From: Sporopachydermia quercuum
Lineage: Eukaryota
DNA: 64,000 nucleotides
Direction of reading: 5' to 3'
Assembly: GCA_001599295.1 (NCBI GenBank)
Contig: BCGN01000001.1
Location: 744,001-808,000, forward strand
Shown: one piece after another, positions 37,619 to 50,368 of the stretch
How positions within the stretch are numbered: position 1 is the first letter of the stretch
Layout: each line of letters opens with the position of its first letter
The notes under the pieces: generated by a model
The model's database searches: none
What the model was told of the DNA's origin: nothing
Seen by the model: the letters and a program-made list of their open reading frames with translations, nothing else
Made by a program: the position numbers and the translations under genes

Positions 37619-38653
37619 TCACCTTTTAACTGTTGTATTATGTTCCTCTTCCCATTCTTTCAAGGCGTCTTCCCATTCAGTTTCTGGATCGACTGGTTTC
37701 TTCTGCTTTTCGTATTCCTCAATTTCTTGACCTTCTCGTTCATCTCTTGCTTTTTCATATGCTTCTTTATTTTCAATCCATCGCTCCTGTATGTCAATTG
37801 CTTGATTAAGGTAGCCTCCTTGTCTAGTAACCTCAGTCCAAATACTATCACCACCTATTTCGCTAGTCCCAAATGTATAGCCATTTGATTTATCTATAAC
37901 TGCGAGCAAAGAAATCATAGATTGTTTATCCTCGACAGCTAAAACTTCGTAACTAACTAGTCCAAAACTTGATACGACATCTGCTATTGCTTCTGTCAAT
38001 TTAGCATATTTCTTCCCTAAAGCAGACTTCTGCTCATTCTCTATCGCCGGCTGTAAATATGACAAATCCTGCACCTCTGTATAAAAATCAAGATTAAATT
38101 CAAGTTTGCCATAGTTACTAAGCAAATCAATTTTGCTTAGTACATTAACACATGGTAGTTCAAAATGCAACATAGATCTAAGAGTCAAAAGAAGTACTGA
38201 GATATACTGTGATGGAGAAGTGATATAGTAAGAATCCACAAGACTCACAATGCAAAACCTGTAATCAAGCTCTTTCTGTAGTTTCCTGAAAATAACTTGT
38301 AAGCTTCCATGATGTGTAAAAAGTTCAACCTGGCCAGGACAATCTATTAGTAAGTACTCCTGCTTGCCTAACTTTCGTACTTCATTTATTAGTTCATTTG
38401 ACAATTCTTCTATTTCTTCTACAGCGTACATTATAGCACCATTAGGACCAAGATTTTGTTCCTCCATTACTTCCTCAAGAGTTATATAGTCTCTTATATC
38501 AATAGCCACTGGATAATTCAAATTATCGTTAGCAGGGTCCAAATTGATTATTGATGCCTTCCTACCTATGGCTGATAAGAATTGGAACATTCCGTAGCAG
38601 TACGTTGATTTTCCAGCCCCAGGGGGGCCAATAACAATTTGTCCAAATGACAT
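37619..38653 (-). CDS. GPN2: GPN-loop GTPase 2
   Basis: GQIVIGPPGAGKSTYC, NLDPAND, LGPNG, DCPGQVELFTHH, NVLSKIDL. Confidence 0.95.
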   Translation of the reverse strand: MSFGQIVIGPPGAGKSTYCYGMFQFLSAIGRKASIINLDPANDNLNYPVAIDIRDYITLEEVMEEQNLGPNGAIMYAVEEIEELSNELINEVRKLGKQEYLLIDCPGQVELFTHHGSLQVIFRKLQKELDYRFCIVSLVDSYYITSPSQYISVLLLTLRSMLHFELPCVNVLSKIDLLSNYGKLEFNLDFYTEVQDLSYLQPAIENEQKSALGKKYAKLTEAIADVVSSFGLVSYEVLAVEDKQSMISLLAVIDKSNGYTFGTSEIGGDSIWTEVTRQGGYLNQAIDIQERWIENKEAYEKARDEREGQEIEEYEKQKKPVDPETEWEDALKEWEEEHNTTVKR

Positions 38654-38789
38654 TTTATCAGTAAATACTGTACAATAAAATACAAAAGACAGAAAAAAGA
38701 ATTGCCGAGGATATTATTACATTATCGCAATAATGATAAGGAAGAGAAAGTCGAAAAAATGCTCATATAAGAAGATTCTTATATTGAAG

Positions 38790-38836
38790 CAATAATAGCG
38801 GAAAATATATGTTTTGTACAGTTTCCGCTATTATTG
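38790..38836. repeat. Perfect 15-bp inverted repeat with 17-nt spacer
   Basis: caataatagcggaaa (38790-38804) / tttccgctattattg (38822-38836). Confidence 0.9.
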
Positions 38837-39080
38837 TTTGTAACCTCTCACTTTCAAGAGGAATGTAATGTTATTAACTATCAGATAAATATGTGGATGA
38901 GTATACTGATAATTTAATAATGACCATAATGATGAAATACGATATATTCATGTAAATAGATCCATTTATATAACAATAATTTTAGAAAATTACTTATATT
39001 ATTCCCGTCTTTGGTTCCTTGATCCTTGCCCAATTTTGCTATGTATACATATATCTCTACTCGAACGTCTAGTTCTAGAG

Positions 39081-40223
39081 CTATTTTAAAGAATTCTCAT
39101 CCGTAAAAGGATTCAGACTTTCCTGTGAACGGGCTTTAGTAGTTGGGTCATACTCTAAATCAAGAAGCACACTTCCAGCTGAGCTGAAAGTGGAGGCTCT
39201 GGTTTTGGTATCAACTGTTGAGTCAACGTCATTTGAACTAGGCTGCTCTGATTGATTGGGCACGTTATACTTACTAGCTTTGGAAATCATAGTAGGAACA
39301 CCATCATTTTCGTGAACACTATAAGCATCTATGTCCTCCAGAGTTAAATCAAAGTTTGACTCAGAAGTTGAAACTGTTGATACTGACCGTTTGTCAGCTA
39401 AGCTGACTAATCTAGCATTTGCTCTAACTGCTGTCATTAAAGAAGGCTGAAGGACTGCTGATCCTCTCGAAGCTACTGATAAACGAGATTGATCCTCTGA
39501 ATCGTCATCACTAGAATAGTTATTGTCAACGGCAAATGAAACCTGTCTCTTGTATGATTTTTGGAATTTGCTAGCTCGAATAGTCACACCAGGAATATAT
39601 GCAATGGGAAGAATATTTGATGCTCTTGACCATATTGTTGATGCAGTGTTAGAAAATGTGGATTCTCGTGATGAAAGAGCTATTCTAGAGCCAGTTATGT
39701 TGGCATTATATCTCGTATTTCTGGCAGTCGTATGCATCTTTTCTAAATCTGCTAACCTCTCATCCCCATTGTTTGAACCACTCATCTCATATTCAGCTGC
39801 TTGTCTTAATTTCCTTTCTAATCGCAATCTTCCTCTTGGTGATTTGATACTATAGAAGTATTTCCATATAAGAATACTCAGCGTCAGTCCCAAAACTACT
39901 ATACCAGCTACCAGGCCTCCAGCAATTGGCCCCACATTGTTTGGTTCTCCCGTGTCGACAGAAGTAGTTGAAGACGAAGTTGACTTCAGTTTTACGCAAA
40001 ATGTAGTGGGACATTCCGTACAAGTTTGAAGCGTCATTGAACAATATTCATCCTCTGCACATGATGGACATGGTGGAACCTCCCCACACGACACGCAACC
40101 AGAGGAAGTATCTTCTCGGGCAAAAATATCTATTGTCCATGTTAGTATTTAGATGTAATAGTGATAATAGTTCATAAGCCTCAGAAGTTCAAAAACCACA
40201 CCAAAAGACATACTATAATCCAT
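39081..40223 (-). CDS. OPY2: Opy2 membrane anchor of HOG/filamentation MAPK signalling
   Basis: Exon 1 40223-40214, intron 40213-40130. Cys-rich GCVSC..PPCPSC..EYC....QTCTECPTTFC domain, single TM, SRASNILPIAYIPGV motif. Confidence 0.92.
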
Positions 40224-41098
40224 TATGTTAAAATTGCTTGCACTTATTATTTTTTGTCCTTGATATACAGTAAACACAACGCGATGTCTCGGTCAAAAAA
40301 TGCGTAATCCTTAACATCAGTTGGCTTACAAAAGGAAATATTTAAGTATCCGATCATGCCAATTGACTCGTAGAGTATTAGATCAACATGCAATGATAAC
40401 TACTGATAGTAAAACAAAAGATTTGATCTTCTTGCTATTTCTCAAAATTTCTCCTATCCTGGAACGCAATAAAGTCTGTGTCTTGCCCACATAAAACTTG
40501 GAGCCTGGAACGTTAAAATAAGGTTGCAAAATTAGAGGATAAGGTTGAACTTCAATCTTGGTCTTTCTTGTGTACATGTGTTTTATTTTTAAGATTTTTT
40601 TGAAGTGTTAATGTACTACTTCTTCAGGCTTACTTATTTTGCAAAAAATACCACTTCCACTCAAAACATCATTATTTTTCTCGCGTTTCAGGTTCAGAAT
40701 TTATTTTAGGTTTCTATTTTTAGGAATTGAATAATCTTGCATGAGCTTTACATGATCTTGCAGTAATGGAACTATAATAGATATGGATAATGATGTTCAA
40801 AAGATTGAATTGATATGAAGATAAAACGATGGAAGCATTAAATAAAATAGAAGTTATGGTTCGTTATAAAAAGATAGCTAGCTCATACATCGTCTATCTT
40901 AAAAACCCTCTGTTACCGAAGTTACATCACTACCGATACCCAATTGAAACTCATAAGAGAATTATCATACGAATCATTTATTGTAACTAAAACGAACAAA
41001 GTAAGTAAAGACGACATCTAAATCATTATATCATTAATCATTTCAAATTGACTTCACAGCTCAGAAAAATCTTAAAATTGAAATGAGTTGTCAAACAT

Positions 41099-42145
41099 CT
41101 ATTTAGAGTTATCAACAACATATCTACCAAGGATTGCACCCTTCTCCATTAATTTGTATACACTTTCAAGTTCAGAAAGGCCAACTATCTTGATTGGAGA
41201 CTTGACTTTTCCTCTAGCAAAGAAATCAATAGCTTCAGCTGAATCAGCTCTGTTACCAACATATGATGCCTTGATGTTAAAAGTCTTGACAACTTGTAAG
41301 AAGACAGATGATTTGACTACGGCACCAGCAGGTAAACCAACCAATACAACATTACCACAAGGTCTAATATATTCACAAGAATTATTAATAGCTGCCTCTG
41401 ACACAGAGACATTAATAGCGGCATGTGGACCGCCATTGGTGATTTCTTGAACTTCCTTTGTTACGTCTTTAGTCTTAGTAAAGTCGACGTAAGCATCAGC
41501 ACCTAATTTCTTAACCAAATCTCCCTTTTCTGAACCACCATCAATACCTAAGACTCTATAGCCCATTGCAACAGCGTATTGGATAGCCAAAGTACCTAAA
41601 CCACCACCAGCACCAGAAATAGCAACCCAGTCACCAGCTTTGATATCGGCTGTCTTCAAAGCCTTGTACACAGTTATACCTGCACATAAAATTGGAGCAA
41701 CTTCTGCTAAATCGCAGGACTTAGGAATCTTTGCAGCATGAATAGCATTAGCAGTAGCATATTGTTGGAAAGAACCATCGTGTGTATAACCAGATAGGAC
41801 AGCATCAGGACAGTTTGGTTCATTGCCGTTTTCACAGAATTCACAACCAAGACATGAACCGTTCAACCATTTGATTCCGGCATAGTCACCAATTTTCCAA
41901 CCTTTAACATTTGCACCAAGAGCCACAACTTCCCCAGCACCTTCGTGTCCACCGACTAATGGAAGTTTAGTGGGAAGAGGCCAATCACCTTTCCATGCAT
42001 GCAAATCAGTGTGGCACACACCAGAATACTTAACATTGATGAGAAGCTCATCAGCTGCAGGAGTTGGAACTGGAATATCTTCATACTTCAATGGCCCGCC
42101 ATTCTCGTAAAATATAACAGCTTTCTGTGTCTTAGGAATTCCCAT
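41099..42145 (-). CDS. ADH1: Zinc-dependent alcohol dehydrogenase, Adh1/Adh2 type
   Basis: [30 protein letters not shown], structural Zn cysteines, GAGGGLG, GRYVVD. ADH1 versus ADH2 orthology not resolved. Confidence 0.93.
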   Translation of the reverse strand: MGIPKTQKAVIFYENGGPLKYEDIPVPTPAADELLINVKYSGVCHTDLHAWKGDWPLPTKLPLVGGHEGAGEVVALGANVKGWKIGDYAGIKWLNGSCLGCEFCENGNEPNCPDAVLSGYTHDGSFQQYATANAIHAAKIPKSCDLAEVAPILCAGITVYKALKTADIKAGDWVAISGAGGGLGTLAIQYAVAMGYRVLGIDGGSEKGDLVKKLGADAYVDFTKTKDVTKEVQEITNGGPHAAINVSVSEAAINNSCEYIRPCGNVVLVGLPAGAVVKSSVFLQVVKTFNIKASYVGNRADSAEAIDFFARGKVKSPIKIVGLSELESVYKLMEKGAILGRYVVDNSK

Positions 42146-42256
42146 CTTGCTAGCTTTTTTTTTCAATGATAGTAGTTTAGTAGTGCTGGTTAGCTTATCT
42201 TTTGGTTTTCTATTTTGAATTCAAGTAGAACTTATCTTAATGAGACGTCTTAGTAT

Positions 42257-42558
42257 TCACGTGAGTTTTTTCTTGATTCTGAAAATTGAATAAAAGATCT
42301 ATTCTACCAATTCATTTTTCCACTTTGATAGGTGAATTGTCTTAATATTTATACTTTTACTAGTTCAATGAGGATCAATATAATACCGGTTCTCAATCCT
42401 TGACCAAGCGGGGTATTATTCAATTCAATTGCTTTGACCAACTTTGTTGTACCTTCGAATGAAATTCTGGGGTAAGATGGTTCTATTCACTAACCACTAT
42501 TCTTACACGCTCAAATATCCTCCAGTAATTCATCGGGCATCGGGCATCAGGCATCTGC
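42257..42558. promoter_or_regulatory. ADH promoter motifs: E-box, two Mig1-like GC boxes, 7-bp CGG-containing repeat
   Basis: TCACGTGA 42257-42264; GCGGGG 42408-42413; aaattCTGGGG 42462-42472; catcggg-like unit x4 at 42531-42558. Confidence 0.45.
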
Positions 42559-42960
42559 CGTCGTCTCGTATTCAAAGTAAAGTCATAACGTATCGGCACC
42601 TCAATACTATTCCTTAGTTGACTATTCTTAACATCGTTACGTATTAAGTACGATCTTTTTACTTTCTCGGAGACTCAAACTATATAGCGGCAAACTAGTA
42701 ATATTATTTATATCAATATCACCCCTAAGTGGAAGTTAAAGAGCCATCTTAGTTTGAGTAAGAACCCTAACAGTGAACAGACATGTTCAGAGAAGTGTAC
42801 GGTGAGGTGACAATCTCGCTTGAAATATTCTTATTATCAGGTTTCAAAATATTAACTCTTGGTTGTTCTAACGTAAATGATCAAATCTAGTTCGTAGCTC
42901 TATAGGAATAATGGAGAACCTATTTACGGAGAATAATTATCGTTATTCTTTCCAATTAGT

Positions 42961-43740
42961 TTTAGACTACTTCAACTGGGCGGTCTCCTAAGATTGAATG
43001 CTACCAAGTCAAATTCGCATAAACTTCAGTATCATTTCTGTCATCAAGTCAATCAATTGAAGATATTCAATGTGACGATGATGTTCAATATATCTGAATA
43101 TCAATATTTGACTGACAAAGCATTGAAGGTAATCATCCTTTTGTGACACCAAGATCGTCATCTCAGCACAAATCTTCTTCCAAATTGCATTGGAGTTTGT
43201 GATTCTTTAAATTAGGGTTTTCGGGCGCCTTCCAATTACGGATTAAAGTTTAGAGAAGCTGCACTTCTCCACATCTCATCATCAATACGGAAGGAAGGAT
43301 CAAGACTAGAGAAGAATTGAGTTGATTGTCACTAGGGTGGAAATTTGTTTAGGAACTATGATCGAAAGAGAGAAGTTGCCAGAGAGTATACAAGGTGATT
43401 GGATGAAATATTAATTGATGGCTGAAGAAGAAATTGAAAAGCTTATCAACCTTGTTTCCTCCTTAATTAATCAAGGAGATCCGGATACTCTCAAGTCTGG
43501 AAACGAGTAGAACGGTGAAGAGATTGAGGCTGGAAGGCTTATTGTCATGCAATAATCCCTAACTACTGAGACAAGTTGCTTTCGCACAAAATCATCAATC
43601 CCTTAACTATAAATTCTGTATGGAGCTCTGGATGAGGTGATGCTAATCGGAAAAACTCATGAAGGGTTCGTTGAGTCAATTGGGGGTCTCTTATCCACAC
43701 ATTGTTGGATGAATCTGAGGTCAAATCAGCAGCTAGCTAA
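42961..43740 (+). pseudogene. Decayed coding remnant, in part Harbinger-transposase-like
   Basis: One frame from 42961 to 43320 has only two internal stops in ~120 codons and contains MMFNISE..KALKVIILL*..LLPNCIGVCDSLN*GFRAPSNYG (cf. FPNCIGAIDG.HI.I.AP.N.G). Further interrupted frames run to ~43740. Confidence 0.35.
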
Positions 43741-44307
43741 AATTGCAGTCTTTTTCTACTTGATTGATATTAGTATGTTAGAATGTGTATTTTAGAGCTG
43801 TGTCTCTATGTACTTCTCTCTGTTGAGATGCTAAATCTGATATGCCAGGGAATTCCAAGATTTCTTTAGTTTTAATCTGAGATTACTCAACACTTCATGC
43901 TCCGTTGGAAACCCCTTACTATCTATCACCTTTGGCATCCAAGAATTTTCGCTGTCACTTATTTGATCAATTAATCATGCTATCAATTGGTATTATCATC
44001 ATTCCCAGCCATATTTATTCAGTAAAGCCAATGTTCCACTAAGTACACTCCCAAAAATGAAGTTGCACATTGTTTGTTTGGGAATATTTCCGGAACTTTT
44101 TGATTGAACTATCGGCTGTTTAGATTCTATACGCGACAGGAAACTCGTTAAAAAAAAAAACCAGAGAGATCGTTGATCTATGTACCTGCCTCAAATGTAT
44201 CATTTCTTTAAAAAGAAAACCTCATGGTAAATTATCTATAGATGAAATAGTTTACTGTACAAGCAGGTGAATGTTTCTTCTGATTCTACTATAGAAATAT
44301 ATTGAAT

Positions 44308-45660
44308 ATGTCTCAGATTTCGGATGTGGTGGCTGTAGAGCTGCTAGGCTCTTCACCTTTCAAGATCAATCGGTCGATTAGACGCGGATCAATTCTTGAT
44401 GACACTAAAGCGAAGACTTGGGACGACCTACTTAGCTCTTTACACACATTAGCTGTAGAACCAGTATCCAAATCTCATATAACTAGGGAAAGAAACGAAT
44501 TGAGAAAGCTCTTAGAAACTGAGACTAAGCTGAACAGTGGTCTATTAGGATCACGAGTGGATGAGGTCTCACAGAACTCTAGTTATCTTATTTTATTGAT
44601 AGAAAAGGCTTTGATAGAGCTAAATGAACACGGTTTGAAAGGAAATATACTTCTGGATGAAGTTCTAGAAGCATTAAGAGATAAATACAGAGAAAATGAG
44701 ACTGATCCCGATATTTTGTTGAACATATTACAACACGTACAAGGATTATTATCTTTAGTTTATGCCAGCTATTTGAAAACAGTGAAAGAACAAGAGACTG
44801 TGAAGATCACTATTGATAATCATTTAGTAGAGACAGGAAATGGGTTCTATGATTCAGAACAATCCATAATCGAGAATCTGAATCTCATTCTTTATGAGTC
44901 CAGGAAAAAGTCAAAATTAAGAAGAACCATGACCACAACGGGGACACTGAGATCTCTGAAACATCTTCAAGATACCTTGGAGAAAACACAAGATGAAGTG
45001 AATAATAAACAAATGATTGAAACAGATTTGAAAGCTACAATTGATCAGTTAAAGTATCAGCATTTACTTTTGCAGAGACAGTATGAGGAAGAACGACTAA
45101 GTTATAAGGAAGTATTGGCAGAGTCTCAACAATCATGTGAATCACTGAAAAAGGAACTAGATGCTGTAACAAATGTGTTGGATAGTATGACACGTCAAGC
45201 AGTAGAGTCGGAGAATGATCGGAATGAATATAAGATTAAGTACGATCATTTGTATGACCAATATAATGAACTAAAAAGCCAGTTTGAAATAAGTAAAGTC
45301 AATTCCTTGGGATTATCACCTTCATTAGCCCCAAGTTCTACTCTTGGTTCAGGCGAAAACTATATTATCACACCTCAACCCAAACCTTTTGCAGCAGATG
45401 CCTCACCAGTCAGATCATTTTCTCCTGTGAATAGAGACCTATTAAAATCAGCCTTGGCAGCCTCGCCTGGAACGGGATCAAGTAATACTGTATCCTCTTC
45501 TATTCTGAGGCATGAATTCAAAAAGTATGTGTTAGAATTACAGAACAATTTTAAGGAACAATTAGCAAAGGAGAAAGCTGAACGAGACAGGATAGAAGAT
45601 TTGTTGAGTAGATATAGGAATGACGCTCTACATAATGATGGACTAGAGAACTTGGGCTAA
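44308..45660 (+). CDS. Coiled-coil protein, Pea2/Uds1-like C-terminus (polarisome candidate)
   Basis: Long heptad region; C-terminal SSSILRHEFKK..EQLAKEKAERDRIE motif. Confidence 0.65.
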   Translation: MSQISDVVAVELLGSSPFKINRSIRRGSILDDTKAKTWDDLLSSLHTLAVEPVSKSHITRERNELRKLLETETKLNSGLLGSRVDEVSQNSSYLILLIEKALIELNEHGLKGNILLDEVLEALRDKYRENETDPDILLNILQHVQGLLSLVYASYLKTVKEQETVKITIDNHLVETGNGFYDSEQSIIENLNLILYESRKKSKLRRTMTTTGTLRSLKHLQDTLEKTQDEVNNKQMIETDLKATIDQLKYQHLLLQRQYEEERLSYKEVLAESQQSCESLKKELDAVTNVLDSMTRQAVESENDRNEYKIKYDHLYDQYNELKSQFEISKVNSLGLSPSLAPSSTLGSGENYIITPQPKPFAADASPVRSFSPVNRDLLKSALAASPGTGSSNTVSSSILRHEFKKYVLELQNNFKEQLAKEKAERDRIEDLLSRYRNDALHNDGLENLG

Positions 45661-46447
45661 AGATGTCCTGAAAATCGAATGACAAGAATTATCAATGTAT
45701 AGTCCTAGCAGGAAAACTGTTTTGATATCTGGCCGTTTCAAATTGTCAGGTTCAAGCTTGATGGGACAGTCTTTCCAAGTTCACATTGGTTTCAGAAGGA
45801 CTTCTCACACCAGATGTTCGTTAATGAGTCTATTGAAACAGATATCTATTGAAGTGCAATTGAGCTGATCGTGTTTTTGTTCATTCTTTGAGTGAAATAG
45901 TTCCAAAATTACGGAACGGATGAGTGTTTAAGGTTTCCTAGTTAAATCAAACCTCAACCCTGCAGGAAATGTATTCGAAGCTGGAAAGTTTATATGTAGC
46001 TGATCTGTGAGCTAGTATTGCATCCATTAAATATCCTCATTATTTTTATACTATCCATTTCTTGACAGTATATTACTAATTTATAATTTGTCTTATAGAT
46101 ATAATAATTTATGATGTAGTTATTTTCTTCATTATGCTTCTATGCTATAATCATAATGTTTTTTTGTTTTTCAGTCATAGTCGCATCTCAATCTGTAGAT
46201 TGGTATATCAGATGAGACTTCATGTACCAGATGTTCGGGTGGGGCCTTCTTAGCCACAATAGTGAAAGATTTCAATCTGATCCTAGCAAAATTTTCAACA
46301 TCAAATTAATGTATTGAAATATAGATGTTATATTATGTCTATAGACGTATATAGATCTCTTGGGATACTTTGGAATATTAGTAGGTTGATCTGTGGTAGA
46401 TTTATCCTATTAATAAGTTGTTGAATTAAAGAAAATACACAGTCAAT

Positions 46448-47639
46448 ATGAGACCTATTGTGTTGTAAGTAATTCATATGTTCAATTTGATGATGAACGA
46501 GCCAAACCAACTCCAAGTTCAAATACTAACTGAATGAATAGACACGGTCATGAAAGACCTTTAAACCAAGTGAAGTATAACAAAGATGGTGATTTAGTGC
46601 TATCTGTATCCAATGACAAAGTGTAAGTATTTAAATTTTGAGTCTGACGCGAGAATCAGTAGTCAGTGAAGTGGCATTATTGAAAGAAGGATGATACTAA
46701 CAAACGTATGATAGGGCATCTATTTGGTACTCACACAACGGGGAGAGATTAGGAACTTTAAGTGGACATAGTGGTGCGATTAAAAGTATTGACATAAGTG
46801 CCGATTCTTCTGTTATTGTAACGGGATCAGCTGATTTTTCTATTAAATTCTGGAATACTCAAACTGGTAAATGCGTCAAGACTCTTCCATTAAGTACTCC
46901 AGTGCGAAGAGTTCAGTTCAATCCCGATTCTACCAAAGTTTTATTGATTACAGATGGGGTTATGGGCTACAAGGGTTCACTCGAGGTTTATAAAGTGGAC
47001 ACAAAAGAGCTTTTAGAAAAGGAAGAAGAATACGAACCTGAATTATTGTGGAAGGTTGATAACACTGGATCTTCCGATGAAAAGTTCACTGTTGCCGGTT
47101 GGTCATATGGTAGTAAATTTATCATTGCTGGACACGAACATGGTTTGGTTTCCAAGTTTGATGGGGAAACTGGAGAATTCATTGCTTCAGAACAAGTTCA
47201 CGAAAAGCTTATCACTGATATACAATTCAACATTGAAGATCAAACTTACTTTATAACTAGTTCCAAAGATAAATCTGCAAGGCTTTTGGATGTTGACGAC
47301 TTGAAAGTCTTGAAAAGTTATTACTCAACTGCACCTGTTAACTCAGCAACCATCACTCCTGTGAAAAACTTCATACTACTTGGAGGTGGTCAGGATGCTA
47401 AGGATGTCACAACTACTTCAGCAAGAGAAGGTAACTTTGAGGCTAAGATTTTCCATAAGATCTTTGAAGACGAAATCGGTAGGATCAAAGGACATTTTGG
47501 TCCTATGAACTGCATTGCTATTCATCCTCAAGGTACTGGTTTTACATCTGGAGGAGAAGAAGGTCTTGTTAGAATCAATCATTTCGATAAAAACTATTTC
47601 GATTTCCAATACGATGTTGAACGAACTGCTGATCTCTGA
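46448..47639 (+). CDS. TIF34: eIF3 subunit i (WD40)
   Basis: Exons 46448-46464, 46542-46622 and 46715-47639. [46 protein letters not shown]. Confidence 0.96.
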
Positions 47640-48061
47640 GTGTGGGGGATATATACTAAGTAATCAAATAATACAGATCAATAAAATGAAGAACTACTTA
47701 AAAACCAAGTAATTATTCTCTATCATATTCTCGCCACATGTTAATTTGTATGGAAGTTTCCTTTTGCTGTTTCAATATCCAGAAGTAATTTAACATGGTG
47801 TATAACAATAGTGTTCTCTACTGATTGTTTTACTTGTTACTAAATTTACATTCTACCGGGTGCTGTCTTCTTCTGAAGCTTAAAGCATATTTGTAGACAA
47901 CCACAGAAATTTCCGAAATTGAGTCTGACAGTATATTGTTTCTGAAAACTCACTTTCTAGCTCATCAACAAGATCTCTATAGTGCATCTTAAAAATCTAG
48001 TTAACAGTATGTACAATTGCTTCAGAGAAAGCACACTAGATTGCTCCCTTTGGTAAAAGCT

Positions 48062-48305
48062 TTAGGCAGCAAGGGCTTTTCTCTTTTCCTCAGCTGTGAG
48101 TTAAATAGTTAGTAGCGACGTCTAATTTAATAGTCTACAGGGATTCTCACAAGAATATTAGCATACCCTCTTTCTGCTTTGCTCTCATAATGGCGGCCTG
48201 AGCTTCTAATCGTTTCCTTGGATCCCCATCTTGTTTCTTCTTTTCTTGAGCTTTTTTCTTTTGATTCTTTTCACGGGCTTTTTCTCTTTGATTTCCTCTT
48301 GTCAT
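48062..48305 (-). CDS. SERF/4F5-family small EDRK-rich factor, 56 aa, missing from the ORF track
   Basis: Exon 1 48305-48167, intron 48166-48094 (GTATGC..TACTAAC..CAG), exon 2 48093-48062. MTRGNQREKAREKNQKK..AAIMRAKQKEAEEKRK. Confidence 0.93.
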
Positions 48306-48974
48306 TATTATTAGCAATTTTTATTTGGTTCACGTAGTTTGCTCAAAATTCTGGGTTTTATGTAGCAATATCTTTTTTCCTTATCTGTCCTTTTTTGTTT
48401 TTTCTCTTTATCTTTCCTTGCTTCTTATGTTTTCGTATCTACTTGTACAAGTCTCGAAAATCACTTTCGTTGAATTCGAATTACACTCTATACTTGCGTA
48501 TTGTTTTGTACAACGCTTTCCATCCCAATAACATGTTCAATATCTGTATACTAAATTCATTTTTACAACTGAGGAAAGCTGTAATTTGTTGTCCAATTTG
48601 ACGATCTCTGTTAGTTCCTTCTTGTGGTTTTTTCTGGAAACTCAGAATCCCTCTCGCTCGCATTCATTGGGGGTATTGGAGAGATAGTTGCAGTAATTGT
48701 GAAAGGGGGTGATTCTTACAATCCCAATCATAGTTAGAGGGTATCATTTTATCATGTATGCATGTGCATTAAAGATCCTCCAGATACGTAAAAAGATGGT
48801 TAGTAGTTAAGTGATCAAACAAAGGAAAGAGAGAGGGTAAAGCGTGTTTGTAAGAATAGGGTTATAGGAAGAAACCAGCTGTAATTTGAGTCAGTGATTT
48901 TTAAAATTGAATGAAGAGTGCTATCATTGATACTTCCTATCAATTGAAAAGTCAGTGAATAAATAACGATAACG

Positions 48975-50108
48975 ATGTCTGAAGAAGCAGAGGAGCTGCT
49001 AGCGTCAATTGAGAGTGAAACAGGGGCTGGGGGAATTCAAAGTAGGAAAGGAGATAAAATAGATATAGCTGAACTAGATGAACTGCTTGGTATGGTGAGT
49101 GTTATTTGTTTATTATTTAGATGTGGACTCTGGGGTCTGTCGATGAGATGCTAACCTCATGACCTGAAATAGGCTGATGAAGTGAGTAAGTCAAAAAAGA
49201 AGAGTAAGAAGAAGAAGAAGGCTAAAAAGGCAGTAGAGGCTGTCGGTGACACTGTCGCTGAGCCCGAAGAAAGTGTTGATAATCTATCCGATGAGATCGA
49301 GGGAAAGGAAATTTCCGAAGAGATTGTTGAAAAAAAAGATAGCAATGAACATGTTGATACAATCAGTGATATAACTGAAAAGGCTGAGGAGCCTACAAAA
49401 GAAGAAACCGATACACAACATAAATCCACAGAAGGTATTGAACCTGCTGAAGAACCTTCTGAAGAGCCTACCAAGAAACGTGTTGAAGAACATGCTGTCG
49501 AACATGTTGAAGAACCTACAGAAAAGCCTATCGAAGACGCTATCGGAGATCCTGTTGAGGAAACGGGTAAAGAGCTATCTGTAGATAATACTGAAAGCTT
49601 GCCAGGTTCTGTAGCAAGCAGTATCTCTTCCACCAATGATCTAAAGGGAGAACTCGAAAAAGCAAAAGCTGAAATAGAGGTTCTCAGAAAAGAAAATGAA
49701 GAGTTGAAGCAAACATTACAGGCTAATGATACAAAGACTTTGAATGGCTTGTCTGCGGCCATAGTAAAACTAACAAAAGAAAACAGTCTTTTGAAGAACG
49801 AGGTAGAAACTCTAGAGGCTAGTTTGAATAATATTAATGTTAAATTCAATAAACTGAAGATTGACCATTCAACAAATCTTAATAGTTTATTATCTGATGA
49901 TGAAAACTTCAGCTCAGTTTCTGCAACTAAATCCTTAGATGATTTTGAAACTGGTTTTGCTGATACAAATCATAGTTCAACACCTATCATAAAAAAACTG
50001 GAGTTAGATGAGGCCTTAACTCCTCAAGATTTCAGTAAGTGGAAAGGATTTCAAATAGATATGAGATCGTGGAAAACATTAGGTAATGGGCCAATTCTGG
50101 ATATTTAA
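48975..50108 (+). CDS. BUG1: Bug1-like cis-Golgi coiled-coil protein
   Basis: Exon 1 48975-49094, intron 49095-49172 (GTGAGT..GCTAAC..TAG). K-rich patch, acidic region, coiled coil and C-terminal KWKGFQIDMRSWKTLGNGPILDI resembling the Bug1 C-terminus. Close to SNU23, as in S. cerevisiae. Confidence 0.8.
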
Positions 50109-50368
50109 TGAACTGAATGACACTGAAATCATAGCATATTGTACGCAATACAATAGGTTTATAATACTCCACCGAATCCTCTCTTTATAAGCACAGTTTA
50201 CTATAAGCTCTTTCTTTTCTATCCCTAAAGTTAATTGAATCCAAAATTTGTTAATGAAACCCAGAGCAAATTCTATAGGAAAAATAATATTTCATTCAGT
50301 TATATACACGTACGCAATGCCATCTTGCTCTTCCGAATCAGCAATGTAACAATAGTTTTATTCACTGT

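Noticed and set aside
49157..49849. Long antisense ORFs (this 230-aa one and those opposite CUP9, BUD27, ADH, TPP1 and RPS16)
   Set aside because: Shadows of the sense-strand codon pattern with no independent motifs.
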